A DNA stretch of 64,000 nt from Candidatus Bathyarchaeota archaeon (GCA_963739305.1 CAVTZU010000028.1:62443-126442), one strand, 5' to 3'. Positions 49,846 to 63,631 are shown, numbered from the stretch's first letter. Notes: generated by a model from the letters alone, not told the origin. Numbers and translations are program-made.

Positions 49846-51523
49846 CTATTGCGGCAGGCGCCGCACCTCGCCCCTGCCACGAGGGTCTGACGCGGCGTCC
49901 CAGCCATCCGGCGTGCGCACGATCATCTGCACATCCCCCACGGCCAGTCGTTGTTCGACCCTGTAGCCGCGTTGCCGCAAGGCATCGATCGTGGCTGCAG
50001 GAAGTTCGCCGTCATACGTGATGAGGTCCGCCGGCAGGCCTGGTGGTGGAACCGCGGGGCGGCCACGGCCTGCTGCGTCGTCATCCCGTAGTCGACGACG
50101 TCGACGAGGCCTGCAACACGCCGGTGATGATCGTCGAGCCGCCGGGGAGCCGACCACGATCGGAACCTTCCCTCCGATCGAGCAGGATGGTGGGCGTCAT
50201 CGAGGACAGCATGCGCTTGCCCGGCTGGATCGCGTTGGCATCGCCCGCGAGCAGCCCGTACAGGTTCGGCATGCCGGGTTTGGCGCTGAAGTCGTCCATC
50301 TCGTTGTTGAGCAGGAACCCGGCGCCGCCGACGACGAGGCCGCTGCCGAAGTCCGCCGTTCAACGTGTATGTGATCGCGACGGCGTTGCCCTCGCGGTCG
50401 ACGATCGAGTAGTGCGTCGTGTGGCGCGCTCGGCGGACCGGCGCCCGACGCTCGTCGGCGCGGCGCGATCGACTGCGGATTCCCGCGCGCAGCGCGTGCG
50501 CGTACGCTTGGTCGTGAGCCGCTCGATCGGCACCTGACGAAGTCCGGGTCGCCGAGCAGTCGTTCGCGGTCGGCGTAGACGCGCGGCGCATCGCCTCGCG
50601 ACCAGGTGCGTGTAGCTGCGCCGAGTGCCACAGGCGCGGCGAGGTCCTCAGCCCGCGCGTCGATCATGCCCAGCAACTGCGGCAGCGCACGCCGCCCGAG
50701 CTGGGGGGCGGCATGCCGACACATGACTGGCCGCGGTAGCGTGCGCGGAGGGCTCGCGCCACGTGGGCCGGTAGGCGGCAGGTCGCTCGCGCGTGATCAG
50801 GCCGCCGCCCGCTGCATCTCGGCGACGACCAGGTCGGCGGTCCGCCCGCGGTAGAAGTCGTCGACCGCCCTTCTGGATGCGCGCAGGGTCCGCAAGGGTG
50901 GGCTGGCGAAAAGTTTCACCGGCCTGAAGCGTGCCGAAGTGCGCCACGAAATTCGTGCCGGCGAATCGGGCTTCTTCCGCTGCAGCCCGTTCGGCCAGCA
51001 ATGCGGAACGACGAAACCCTGATCTGCAGCGGACCGCGGGTGCTACGACCGCGCCCAGGATAACCTGCCAAACCTGCTGTGCGCCTCCCACAGGCCCGCG
51101 ACGTACCGGGTACGCCACTGCGCGATGTCCAGTGAGGCTCAGGTCGTCGATCACATTGCCGGCCGCGTCGAGGTACATGTCGCGCGTCGCGGCGGCCGGC
51201 GCCGCCTCGCGGTAGTCGAGGAACGTGGCAGCGCCGTCAATCCAGGCCAGCATGAACCCGCCGCCGCCGAGGTTGCCGGCCTCCGGATATGTCACCGCGA
51301 GCGAGAAGGCGCCGGCGACGGCCGCGTCCACCGCATTGCCGCCGGCGCCGAGGATGTTCGCGGCAACGGCGGCGCTGAACGAATCCGGCATGGCCACCGT
51401 ACCGCCGCGGCCAGCCTGGGCGGTGGCCGTGGGTGCCTGAGCGGGTTGTCGCGCCGGAGCGCCGGCGCACGCCGACAGCAGCGCAACGATGACCAGCAGC
51501 AGGGAGCGGCGAAACTTGTCCAT
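49846..51523 (-). CDS. ggt: Gamma-glutamyltransferase, many frameshifts
   Basis: GGNAVDAAVA, GNLGGGGF, DYREAAP, HTTHYSIVD, MDDFS, PGKRMLSSMTPT, SDPRG. Confidence 0.9.
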
Positions 51524-51679
51524 GGGGTGGCTCGCGTGGCAGTGAACTCGCCCTGCATGCTATCGCAGCAAAACGCTCTGCAGTCGTGCGTGCCTATAAT
51601 CGCAAACAGGGGACGCTTGCCGATTTCCGCACATGGGCGAGCATGCCTATTTGTCAGCAGGCCACGCGCAGGAACCAGA

Positions 51680-52750
51680 ATGACGAACGCAACCGCCGAA
51701 TCGACCCGTGCCGCGGCTACGCAGCGGCCGATGCCGGGAGCCCGCTGCGCCCGCATTCGTTCACACGGCGGGCATTGCGGCCGAACGACGTCCGCATCGC
51801 ATCCGTTACTGCGGTGTCTGCCACACCGACCTGCATCATGGCGCGCAATGACTGGCGCGGCACGCTTACCCGATCGTCCCGGGGCACGAGATCGTGGGCC
51901 AGGTGACGGCGATCGGCGGCGAGGTCACGGGCTCGCCGTGGGGGACTGGGTGGCGGTGGGGTGCCTGGTCGACAGCTGCCTGGCATGCGGCGAATGATCG
52001 CAGGTCGCGAAAGTACTGCCAGAAGGGTTAGACACTGACCTACAACGGCAAGGATCGGCCCGACCGGCGAAGTCACCTATCGGCGGTTACTCGACCCACG
52101 TCGTCGCGCGCGAGGAGTTCGTGCTCAGGTGCCGGCAGGGCTCGATCCTGCGCGCGCCGCGCCGTTGCTCTGCGCCGGCATCACGACGTACTCGCCGTTG
52201 CGTCACTGGCAGGTCGGGCCCGGCACGAAGGTGGCGGTGGCGGGTCTTGGCGGTCTCGGTCACATGGGCGTGAAGCTGGCCCGTGCCATGGGCGCCGAGG
52301 TGACCGTAATCACCCGTTCCGCGGCCAAGGCCGCCGAGGCGCATGCGCTCGGCGCTCAGCACGTGCTGGTGTCCTCCGATGCAGAGGCGATGAAGCGCGC
52401 CGCGGGTAGGTTCGACTTCGTGCTGGACACCATTCCTGTCATGCACGAGGTCGATCCATATCTGCGGCTGTTCCGCGCCCACGGTGCGATGGTGCTGGTC
52501 GGCGCGATCGACGCGATCCCGTCCTTCCACAGCCGCCTGCTCTCGCCGGACGCAAGACGCTGTCGGCCTCGGCGATCGGCGGCGTGGCCGAAACGCAGGA
52601 ACTGCTCGATTTCTGCGCGCGCAGGGCATCGTCGCAGAGTGCGAGATGACGCCTATTCAGCGCATCAACGAAGCCTTCGAGCGGATGGAGAAGGGCGACG
52701 TGCGGTACCGCTTCGTCATCGACCTGGCGTCGCTGGATCCGGCCGCCTGA
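51680..52750 (+). CDS. Zn-dependent NAD(P) alcohol dehydrogenase (cinnamyl-ADH type), frameshifted
   Basis: CHTD, GHE, VGCLVDSC, APLLCAGITTYSPL, GLGGLGHM, DVRYRFVID. Confidence 0.88.
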
Positions 52751-52766
52751 GGCGCGGGAGCGCGAC

Positions 52767-53834
52767 ATGATCGTCTCGACCACGCTGACCGGCAGCAACG
52801 CGGAGATCATCGGCGATGCGATCGCGTCGGTCGTCGAGCACGTGGACCGCTGCCTGGTCATCGACACCGGCGCGAAGGACGACTCGATCGAGGTCGCGCG
52901 CCGCGTCGCGGGTGACAAGCTGCTGCTCAGGGAATTCCCTGGAAGAACGACTTTTCCGCAGCCAGGAATTTCGCGCTCAAGCCGCGGCACAGGCGGGCGC
53001 AGCTGGGCAGTGACGCTGGATACGGACGAAAGGATGCTGTTCGAGCCCGGTATCGATCTGGCGGGCCAGCTCGAGAAGACCGCATGCACAGATCTGCATG
53101 GTGCTGGACGACGGCGGCACGTACGCCAAGGAGCGCATCCTGCGCCTGCCGGCCAGGCGTCCGCTGGCGCGGGCCGACGCACGAGTGCTGGAAGGGCGGG
53201 CGAGTGCGAACTCGCACGCCTCGAGGGCGTGCGCTTCCACGAATTGCCCAAGGACCCGGCAGCCGCGCATGGCAAGTTCGAGCGCGACGTCGCGTTACTG
53301 AAGCGGTACACGAAGCAGCACGCGAAGCAGGCGCGCTGGTTCTATTACCTGGGCGCCTCGCACCAGCAGCTTGGCGAGTACGCCGCGGCGATCGACGCGT
53401 TCCGGACCTGTGCGAACTCAGGGGCTGGGAAGAGGAGGGCGCCTGGGCGTGCTCGGCGCCGCTGACTGCTGTTGCAAGCTCTATCGCTGGAGCGACGCCG
53501 TCCAGTTCTGTGCGGCGGGCTCGCCATCCGACCGGCGACGGCCGAACTCGCCTGGCTCGCAGGGTTTGCGTCCTTCAAGGCACAGCGCACGACGATGCGA
53601 TGCCTGGTCGAACATGGCCGCGGCGAACGGACTCTACCGGGCCGGGGTGCGCAGTTCGAGCGCGTCAGCTTCCGCCACCCAGGTCTCTATGAAGGTCCCT
53701 ACGACGTGCTGCGCTGGACCTACAAGGCGCTCGGCAAGGACAAGGAGGCGGCCGAGGCCGAGCGGGATTACGGGCTCGCAAGGCGCGCAAGGGAAGCTGC
53801 GGTCACGCAGCGCGTGAAGACTGGCCGCCGCTGA
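52767..53834 (+). CDS. GT2-like glycosyltransferase with TPR repeats, frameshifted
   Basis: VIDTGAKDDS, LDTDE, RW..FYYLGAS TPR-like helices. Confidence 0.72.
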
Positions 53835-53895
53835 ACGCGCACGTGTGCAGCTCGGAGCTCTGAACGGCGCGTGAAGTATTGGTAAGGTGGCGGGC

Positions 53896-54973
53896 ATGAA
53901 ATACCGCGTCATCCAGTGGGCCACCGGCGGCATGGGCAGGAACTGCCTGGCGCGGTCATCGATCATCCTGCAATGGAACTGGCCGGCGTCTATGTCTACG
54001 GAGCCACAAGGCCGGCAAGGACGCAGGCGAGCTTGCCCGCAGGGAGCGGACCGGCATCATCGCCACCCGCAACGTGGCCGAGATACTCGCGCTGGAAGCC
54101 GACGTGGTGATCCACGCGGCGCGGCTCGCACCGCCCTATGGCTCGCACGATGCCGACATCATCAAGCTGCTGGCAGCGGGCAAGAACGTCATCAGCATCA
54201 ACGGCTACAGCCGGCCGCAGCACTGGGGCGGCATGCGGCTTGCCGCACTGGAGGCGGCATGCAAGTCGGGCGGGACGACGTTGCTCGGGGCCGGTCTCAA
54301 TCCGGGATTTGCCGGCGAACAACTCACGGTCGTGCGACCGGTGTGTGTACGCAGGTCGACCACGTCGAGGTCGTCGAGAGCGTGGACTGCCGGCCGGTCC
54401 GCAGCCCCGATTATGTGTTCAAGATCCTGGGATTCGGCGCGGAGCCGGGCGCGGTCGATCCGAACGATCCGGCATGGGGACCTTCGTCGTCGCTGAACGG
54501 CATGTACGCCGAGGTCCTCGCGGCGATGGCCGAGCACCTCGGCCTGCGCCTGGACCGGGTCGATACCGAGCACCGCGTGTTTCCAGCCGCGACGGATCTC
54601 AACGTGCTGCGGGGCTGATACCGCAGGGCCGCGTCAGCCACTTCAACTGGCGCTGGCACGGAACGTCGGTGGTGAGCCGAGACTGACGATGTCCATCCAC
54701 TGGTACATGGAAACCGCGCACCTTGAAGATCCGCGGCCGCCGTTGTGGCGCATCCACGTGCGGGGTCAGCCGGGCGTCCGTCTGTCGGTGGACATGGAGA
54801 AACGGGCTGGGGACACGTCGCCGACATCCGCCGAGCAGATTGCCGTGGCGGGCTCGGTGATCAATGCGATCCCAATCGTGTGCGCGGCCCAGCCGGGTGT
54901 GATGACGCGCCCACTGGCAACGCCGTTTCGCGAAGAACTCATGAGTGGTGAGCGACGGCCGGAGTCACCCTGA
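53896..54973 (+). CDS. DapB-like/amine dehydrogenase family NAD(P)-binding protein, frameshifted
   Basis: YRVIQWATGGMG, LAAGKNVI, GAGLNPGF, INAIPIVCAAQPG. Confidence 0.75.
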
Positions 54974-55019
54974 TCGTGGGTCCTGCAGCAGGCCAGGGCT
55001 TGAGTCATCTTGCCCAGGC

Positions 55020-55483
55020 TCAGTAGGGCGTCCCGTCCTTGTGGAAATAGCCGCCGCCCCTGAATAGCGTCCCGCATCGAAGACCATGTCGATGTCCGAA
55101 TACTCGCCATGGTCCTCGTCGCTGCGATTGCTCACGACGAGGAACGTCGCGTCGCTGGCGGACCGGTTCTGCAGGCAGTGGCCATTCTTTGCGCCCGCAG
55201 GGAAACCAGCGCTGTCGCCGGCGAGCAGGAGTTCTTCGCCGGCATCGGTCACGAGCACGAGTTCGCCACTCACCATGAAGACAAACTCGTCTTCGTGCGA
55301 GTGCCAGTGACGCTGGCTGGACCATGCGCGGGGCGCCAGACGCACCAGGTTCGCGCCAAGTTGCGTGAGTCCCGCCGCCTCACCCAACCGCTGCCAGCTT
55401 CGTTCGCGGCAGGGAACGTCGAAGGGCGACGGATAGCGCGACCCCGTGCCCGACGGCGCTGCCTGCGGATTGATTTTCGCCAT
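55020..55483 (-). CDS. Cupin domain protein
   Basis: SSQRHWHSHEDEF, NGHCLQNRS, EYSDID; one C-terminal frameshift. Confidence 0.85.
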
Positions 55484-55553
55484 GTCATTCTCCGGCTGCA
55501 GATTGCCCGGCAATCATAGTCGACCGTCCGGCACGTGACAGACAGGGACCGGG

Positions 55554-58042
55554 CTAACGCTGCATGAGGTCCGCGGCCTGTCCGGCCGGCTGCCGCTGCC
55601 CGGGCCTTGCGCCGTGACAGACATTGCTGCGGATGAAGCCGCGACTTGGCGTCAGGCCGAGTTCGCAGCTGCGCACACACAGGGCGCGAAATGCGGTGTC
55701 ATCGAAGCCAGTCGTCTCATGGTACAGGCGCATGAGATCAGCCCACCGTCGTGCCGGAATCGGCCGGGCGCTGCTCGCGAACGAACTGCAGTCGCGGCTG
55801 GAGGCGCAGGACTCCGCAGCTTGGATCACCGTCGCGCAGTCCGCGCGACTGAGCGGTCGGCTGGGCTCGGGTGTGCGTGACACGACGATGTTGCCGGCGG
55901 CGGTCAGCGTCGCGTCGCGGCGCTCGCCGTTCCACACGCCGAGGTTGACCTGCACGCCGCTGTCCGCAGCGGTCACTGCGCCGGCGCCGGAGCTGGCCCA
56001 CACTCCCGGCATACGCCGCAGTGACGCTCCGGCGCCGGATTGCAGGTCCAGCCAGAAGGGTTGCTGCAGGCCGCAGGGGACCTCCCCCTCATCGCACCGC
56101 GTGAAGCCGACGACGACTTCCCGGTCCGAAAAGACAGCGCGATGAACCAGCGTCACTGCATCATCGCGCAGGCCCGGGATGGCAGCGCCATTCAGCAGAA
56201 CGATGTTCCCCTTGCCACCGTCTGCGGCGGTCGCGATCGCCAAGGTCCCGAGCGAGGTCTCGAGCAGAACGGCGTCTTGCGCAGGTCCTGTTGCGACACC
56301 GACGGCCGGGGACCTTCTCCGTCACAGGACGCGCTATGGCCGCCGCAGCGGGGGCCGGTGGGCGGTCGCCCCCGCTGTCGGGGCTCGCGTGCGCGAGGCC
56401 CAGCTCGCAACAACGGCATAGACAGCCAACGCAGCCAGCAAGGCCACCGGGACCCATCGCCAACCCGACACGCGAACCGACGGGCTGCTGGCCTTCGCGT
56501 GCGACGGCGCACTCTTTGACTCTGCGGCAGCGGGTGGCGGTGGCACAGCCACTTTTCGAGTGTGGCCATCGACCGGCAAACGCGAGGCATGCGCCAGAGG
56601 CGGTATCGAAACTTGCCGCGTGCCAGGTTGCGGCGGCACAGGTTCGGCGATGACCGGATCCGTCCTCACGCCAGCCGTCGTATCCGATATGGCGCCCATC
56701 GGCCGCCGTTGTCCGCGCAACCGGTACCGCGCCTCGGCCTCCGAGAGCCTGTGCAGCTGCGCCTGGTCCGTGACCGAGATGGCGACGTCCTTCTGGCGAT
56801 GCGCACCACTTCCCGCGCTATGGACCGGCTCGACGAGACCGACCGTGCTGAGCCACTGCCCGACCCAGGACTGGTCCGGAGGCTGTTCCAGACGGGCAAG
56901 TGCGTCCGGCCAGATCTTCAGGCACACCATGTCATGCGAACGCTCTGCGAACTCGACGCGCAGGCAAGCCACGTCGGGATGCAACGCACGACTCTTGGCG
57001 ACGCGGACGACCTTGCCGATCAGTTCGACCCGATCCCGACGCGGGCGCAGCAGCGCGCGAAGTTACTGCGTCGACGATCTCGTGGACCGAGGTGTACTTG
57101 CTGCGCAGGGCTACGGACGCATCGCCCGAAAACACGACCGGGACGGCCGGGATGTTGCGGCCCTCGAGAAAATCCTCGAGGGCAGGAATCTGGTCGAATG
57201 GCGCCATGCAGATCGCGGCGAGGTCGTGCACGCGCTGTTCAAGTCCAGGCACCGAAGCCAGCAGGCTGAACACCGGCGAGTTGGCCGGGTCGGTCAAATC
57301 CGCCGCGCGTAACAGGAACGCGTCTGCGTCGCTTTCGGTCTGCTCCCAGAGGGCAGGCCGTCTGCAGAGCGCGTCCAGCGCAAGATCGATGACGGAGAAC
57401 GAGAACCTGTCAAGTTCTCCGTCGAAATGCCACGCACGCCGCGCAGGGTGCTGGAAGTTTCGCTGCCCGAGTTCTGCATTGGGCAGTTGCGCAAGTTGCG
57501 GCACGAACATGCCGTCGTAGTCGATCAGCCGCAGGTGCGTGGCGTCCTGCACGATGATGTTGGCCGGCTGGATGTCGCCGTGCGCAATGCCGTCTCCTGC
57601 AGGTGCCTGGCGAGCCCGCGCAGCGAAGCCCGCAGCGCCTGCAGTGCGTTGACGTCGTTGCGGTGATCCGACACGAACGCAGCGAGCGTCGGCCCTCCGC
57701 CCATTCCATCCTGACGATCGGGTACGTGCCGCTCTCGGTCGTGATGCCTGCCGGCTGGAACCTGCATTCGACGAAATGGGGGCTGCCTATCGACTGCAGG
57801 CAGGCGTCGATTGCCGCGTAACGCTCGTGCAGGGAATCTGCCTGCTTGTGAAAACAGCGGACGGCGTAGCGCCTGCCGTCCACGACAACCTCGAAGGTCA
57901 GCGCAAAATTCCCGCTGTGCGCAACGGGCAGGCCGGGACCGCGCATGCGCAGTGTGCCCCGGCCGAGCAACGGGTCCGACAGCACGATGCCCAGGTTGAG
58001 CGAAAGCGCGTCGCAGTATTCGGCGAAAGAAGGGTATTGCAT
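55554..58042 (-). CDS. Ser/Thr protein-kinase-like protein with TM segment, frameshifted
   Basis: SGNFA, YAVRCF, MEW.EG, HGDIQPANI, LIDYDGM, NFQHP.R, DRFS. Confidence 0.72.
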
Positions 58043-58101
58043 GTTCCGTGGCAGCTGCAGCGCAGGTTGCGGTGTTCCACCGCAACCCGCACCGCTGCCA
58101 T

Positions 58102-58605
58102 TCAGGCGAGTTTCGTGCCCACCAGTGCGTTGAGTTGCGCGAGAAACTGCCGTTCGCCTTCACTCACCCGCTCGCCGCCGAAGCCGAGGAACCCTCCTTC
58201 GGTGGACGCATTCGCGACCTTCTGGCCGATTCCAGCGAGCAGCGTGCGAAAGGCGTCAGCGTCGGCCGCGGCACCCTTGGCCGTCAGCGCCGCCAATGCT
58301 GCGGCAGTTGCATCAGTCGCGGCCTTCTGCAGCAAGGTGTTGAGGGACGCCCGGTCCGGCGCGGACTTCGCCATGCTCTTGATCTGATCCTGGGCCGCGC
58401 GCATCTCGTCCTTGCCGAAGATCTCTTTCAGCAGGGGTTGCTCGCCACGCAGGGCCTCGGCCATGGCCGAGGCCATCGCCATCCCTTCGGAAAGACTGCC
58501 AAACAAACCGCTGTTGCCCGCGGTGGCGGTGGCCAGTGCGACTAGCTGTGGCGCATTGCGAAGTGCCTGCCACTGCTCGGGGGGGAAATCTGTACGGGTA
58601 GCCAT
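58102..58605 (-). CDS. Hypothetical protein
   Basis: Intact 167-aa ORF with EGGFLGFGGERVSEGE; AAGGA RBS. Confidence 0.78.
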   Translation of the reverse strand: MATRTDFPPEQWQALRNAPQLVALATATAGNSGLFGSLSEGMAMASAMAEALRGEQPLLKEIFGKDEMRAAQDQIKSMAKSAPDRASLNTLLQKAATDATAAALAALTAKGAAADADAFRTLLAGIGQKVANASTEGGFLGFGGERVSEGERQFLAQLNALVGTKLA

Positions 58606-58738
58606 GCGTTCGTCCTTGTGTGGTGGGTGTACCCTCCGTGAGAGTTTGGCAGGTCAGGGGCCGGTCGTGAATTCGATGTCGTGGCAGTGAAGGCGATGCG
58701 AAATCTGCGCCGCCCGCCGGGCGGCGCGCCGATACGAC

Positions 58739-59577
58739 TCATTGAACAGTGCGAGTCTCGATGATCAGGTCGAGACGAAGTGCACCGTCGGTTCGCCGCC
58801 TGCGGCACCGCCCTGCTCGAAGCGCTTGACCCGCACCACGTGTTGTTCGCCCGCTCTGGGCGTATAGCCCTCGATGCCTTCGGGCAACGGCCGCCATTCG
58901 CCCGGCGACCCGCTGGCGAGGCCGCTCTCGTCGAAGTGGCGATCGCGCACCATCAGGCAGGGGGGTGACGACGGGGCAGGCGCTACGCAGGGCTCGGTCG
59001 ATACCTCGAGGAACGCGCGCGTGCCGGGGCCGCCGAAGCGGGTTTCCGGAGTCGGCGTACCGCTGAAGGTCAAGGCGCTGCCATCCGCTGCCGCGAGGCG
59101 CAGCTCAGGCGCCCGGCCTCACCGGTGAGAGCGACCGTCAGGGTGCCGGTCATGAACCTGGCGAATGCAGCATCGGCGTCGCCGAGCGGCGGGGGACAGG
59201 CCATCATCGTCGACATTCCCGGGCTGAGCTGCAGTTGCGTCGTGTCGAGCAACTGGTAACCCACGCTGATGCGATTGCAGCCGCCGGTCACGCCGAGCCG
59301 GCCGTCGCCGAACTCCACGCCCATGGGCTTGTCCGGTGCCGGGAAGAACGCGGCGAGCGACTGGCCCGCGGCGTCGGTCGCCGACTTGAGTTGCCACTGG
59401 TATGCGACCAGGGTTGTGGCTCGTGTCAGCGGTGGGCGCGGCGAGGCGTTTCGACGCAACGGCGGGCGCGGTCGCTGCCTCCGGCGCCGGCGACTCGGGC
59501 GGCGTGCTGCGGGCGCAACCCGCCACGCCAGCGCGGCACACAACGAGAGCAAGACGACAGGGGCGATGCAGGGACAT
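58739..59577 (-). CDS. META-domain plus DUF4377-like lipoprotein, frameshifted
   Basis: Lipobox-like VAGC, WQL, GGCNR, STMMAC, CLMVR...IEGY. Confidence 0.75.
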
Positions 59578-59672
59578 GGCGTACTCCGCTCGAATGGTTG
59601 ATCATGGAAGCACGTGGGACTGCGAGCCGGGCGACCAGCGTGCGCGGCGGCGCGAGCTGCGGTTTCAGGGGG

Positions 59673-60722
59673 TCATCCGGGCACGGACTCGCGAATGTGT
59701 TGCGCGAAATCCTCCACCGGCTTCGGCTGCCTGCACCGACGGGTCGACCCGCGAGCGCCGCCGCATTTCCGCGAAGGGAAACGTCGCGTCCAGCAGCCGA
59801 ACATCGTAGAAATACCGGTCGACCCAGCCGTTGAGGTAATGCCGGAAATCGAAGTCGCCGCTGCGGCCGACCAGGTTCGCATAGCGCACGATGTTGATCG
59901 TGCAGCTGTTGCTCAGCAGGTGATAGAACTCCGGGCGGTCGGCGAGCTCGTTGATGCGCCAAGGTAGACCTGCAACAGCTGGCGCGCACTTTCGGCCGGG
60001 ACCCGCAGACGGTAGAGTACACGTCTTCATTGCGATAGTTGGTGCGGACACCCACGAGGTCACGTTCCTCGCCGACCACGTAGATCAATTCGAACTGCTT
60101 GAAGAGCGAGGCGATCGGGTCAAAGCCCTCGTCCACCTCCGGCCGAGTCTCGATGGAGATGTTGAGCGGCGGCGCGTTGTCGAAGATGAAGCTCACAAAC
60201 GTGTGGCCGACGGGCCCCGGCATCCAGTAGGACACGAAGAAATCGAGCCCTGTCAGGTGCGACAACGAGACTTCGCGTTCCTCGTAGCGCACCGTGAAAT
60301 CGTCCCGGCTGCGATAGTCGAAATCGCGTACGCCGGTGATGCGCACGCGGTCACCGTCGATGTGGCCCGCGGCATGACCGCGACTTCCGGCCGCCAGTCG
60401 CGTTCGTGCGAAGGCCGGATGAGGCTCCAGCCGACCAGAAACGAACCAGATACAGTCCCGCGAAGACCCAGCGCATGCGCGGCCGGCCCGTCAGCCCAGA
60501 TTGCCCAGATGCTCGAACGCCGCGAAGACGATCGCGAGCCCGATCCGCAACGGCGCCCAGGGCAGGGTGGAGAAATAGATGGCTCAGGCTGGCCCAGGCC
60601 GAGAACCAGGGGCCAGGATAAGAACAAATCTGGGCGCCCTTGAGCCAGCCAGGGCCCGGAATCTTCCCACCCAGCCCGTCCGGAAGGAGGGTCCCCGGTC
60701 GTTCGATTCAGTCGGCTGTCAT
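59673..60722 (-). CDS. DUF4105 (Lnb N-terminal-like) protein, frameshifted
   Basis: PSHERDW.PE, VRDFDYRS, GHTFVSF, ISIETR, EERDLVGVRTNYR, FYHLLSNSCT. Confidence 0.8.
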
Positions 60723-62162
60723 AAGCGCGGCCGGGGCGATGGAATTCTGCGGCTTCGGGCGCGATCGAGGTGGCGATATCGACCCAGCCGCCGCCCATCG
60801 CCTGGTACACGTTCACGACCTGCGCGTAGCGATCAGCCTGCAGGCGCACCGACGCCAGTTCGGCTGCGAACAACTCGTTCTCAGCCCACCAGCACGTCCA
60901 GATAGCCCGCTACCCCCTTGTCGAATCTCAGGGTCGACAGGCGGGCGAACTCGCGCAGCGCATCGACGCGCCGCTGCTGCGGACTCGACCTCCGCGATCT
61001 TCTTCTGCGAGCCCGTCAGCGCATCGTTGGTCTCGCGAAATGCGTTCAGGATCGTCTGTCGATAGACAAGCTCCTCTCCTGCCGGGACAGTGCCTCGGCC
61101 GCATCGACCTGGCCCTTGATGCCGCCGAAGGTAAAGATCGGGCCGGACACACTGCCTCCGAGCAGCAGGGGTGGTCGCGGGGTCGGTCAGCAAGTCGGCG
61201 AACGCCGTGCTGACGGTGCCAAGGGCGCCCGTGATCGAGATGTCCGGATAGTAGAGCGCCCGCGTGGCGCCGACGTTGGCATTCGCCGCAACCAGGTTCT
61301 GCTCCGCCTGCAGGATGTCCGGCCGGCGCTGCAGCAGGGTCGCGGGCAGGTCTGCCGGTATCTGGGGCGCGACCAGCTGGTCAATGGTCTTGCCGCGCGG
61401 GATCGGCCCCGGATTTCGGTCCGAGCAGGATCGAGATCAGGTTCTCCTGCGCGGCGATGGCCTGTTCGAAGGCTGGAATGGCCGCTTGCGCCTGCTCCGT
61501 TGCGAGGTGATCTGCATCACTTCGGTTTTTGCGACGACGCCGGCCTTGAATCGCAGGTCGAAGATTCGCGCCGTTTCGCCGAAGTTCGGGGCGGTCGCCT
61601 GGGCGATCTCGAGCTGACGGTCGAGCGCACGCAGCGCGATGTAGCTGGTGGCGACGCTCGCCACCAGCGAAGCACCACGCCGCGCTGGGCCTGCTCGCTG
61701 GCGTAGACCTGCGCCTGCGACGCCTCGGACAGGCGCCGCACGCGCCCGAACAGGTCGAGCTGCCAGGACGCGCCGAGCGAGGCCTGGTACAGCGAGAAGT
61801 AGGGTCGGCACCCGGCGGCAGCGGCGGCTGGCCGACCCGGCTGGCCGCACCCGGCTGGCGTCGGCGCCGTAGCCGAACTGCGGATAAAGCTGCGAACGGG
61901 TGGCTTCCAGGCGCCGAAAACTGATCGACCCGCGCCGCGGCAATGCGCACGTCGAGGTTCTCGCGCAGGCGGTCTCCACCAGCCCGTTGAGCACCGGGTT
62001 GCCGAACTGCTCCCACCACTTGGTGTTGGCCACTTCGGCGGCCTGCGCGTAGTCGATACGCCACGCTGCCGGTGTATTCGCCTCGGGCCGTACGTAGTCG
62101 GGACCGGGCATGCAGCCGGCAATGCCGGCTGTCGCGAACGCCAGGATCGCGTATCTCCTCAT
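60719..62162 (-). CDS. NodT/OprM-type outer-membrane efflux lipoprotein, frameshifted
   Basis: AGC..GPDYVRP, WWEQFG, WQLDLFG, AFRETNDAL, YQAMGGGW. Confidence 0.85.
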
Positions 62163-62410
62163 CTCGATTCATTCCTCTGGTGCGTGGCGGACATCAAGTC
62201 TGCGACTGCGCAAGCGGCGGGCTGCAGTTTATCCTGCTTTCTGCAATCCTGTTTGCGCCGGGAAGCCTGGACACGCGCCGGCGGCGCGAAAATGAGTCTA
62301 CTTTCGCGGGCGCTGGCTCAGATAATCTACAATGCAAAGCGTTTCTTTATCCACCCGGGCTCCACGGTCTGGCGACCGTTTTCGCCACCTCCGACCGTTC
62401 AAGTTCACTC

Positions 62411-63631
62411 ATGGTATACGCAGACCGCGTCAAGTAGGCGGGCACTCGGCAGCGGGCCGGTGGTCCAGGCTCATGGCCGTTGCCAGCCTGTTGCTGGCGG
62501 GCACCGCCCAGGCCGCAGCACCCGGACCTGGCCAAGGCCGAGCAGCTGCTGCAGGCGGGGCAGGCGGCCGAAGCCAAGGCGCTCTTCGAGCAGGCACTCG
62601 AGGCCGACCCGAGTTCTGTCGGGGCACATCTCGGGCTGGCCGCGCCTACTACGCGCTCGGCGAGTACGCGCGCGCCGGAACGAATTCGAGACGGTGCTGC
62701 GGTACGACAACCTGCCGCGGGACCTGCACGGCAGACGGAGACCTATGACCGGGGGCGGCCGACTACGTTGCCTGCCGGCTGGCCTCCCTTTTATTACGGC
62801 GAGACCGGTGTCGGCAATTATCGGCAAAACTCCTCAAATCGACTGATATTTTCGGCGGTGGCGGCAACTACGATACGTTCCTGCCGATGCGCGTCGGGGG
62901 TGGCTGGAACAGGAGCATTTCCGACCGCCATTCGTTCAATGGCACGCTGGACTACCGCTTCCGCTGGTACGACGACAGCGACCGTCGCAACGACTCGGAC
63001 CTGCGCTGGAACTTCAACCTCAGCCGGCCCGTGGACGACGACAACCTGCGCTTCGGCCTGCGCGGGCGGAAGAGCTACCGGGGCGACGGTCAGTACCGCA
63101 ATGACTGGGGCGTGTTCGGCGGTTACGGCCTCGGGTTCGGCCCGAACGATCACTCACGATCGGCGGCGAGGTCCGCGAACGCCGTTATCCGCGCGGGCCG
63201 CTGCGCGACCGCACGCGCGACATCGCCGAGCTGACCGTCAACTGGACGCATTCGCTGCGCGAACGGCCGTACCGCCTGACCTCGGCGGGCATGACGCAGG
63301 AATGGGCGACACAGGAGCGCTCGAAGGCGACGCCTCGTTCTGGGGCGTCAACGGCGAGATCGATCATTCGTTCTCCGACACGCTGGACGGTTCTTCTGGT
63401 GGGCATACGCAAACGAGCGTACGACGACGAGCGGCCCGACTTCACGACGGATCCCGACCTGCTGGGGGTTCGCAATGACGACCTCTGGAATTTCGGCGGC
63501 GGACTGGTGTGGGGTTTCGCGCCAGGCTGGACCCTGCGCCCGACGTTCGAGTACGACTGGGAAGACAGCAACATCCTGAGCTGGCCTACAGCTAGACCGA
63601 ATTCTGGCTGACGGTCCGCAAGTCCTTCTGA
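62411..63631 (+). CDS. TPR plus outer-membrane beta-barrel protein (Slam-like), frameshifted
   Basis: Signal peptide, TPR helices, aromatic-rich beta strands, terminal WLTVRKSF. Confidence 0.6.
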
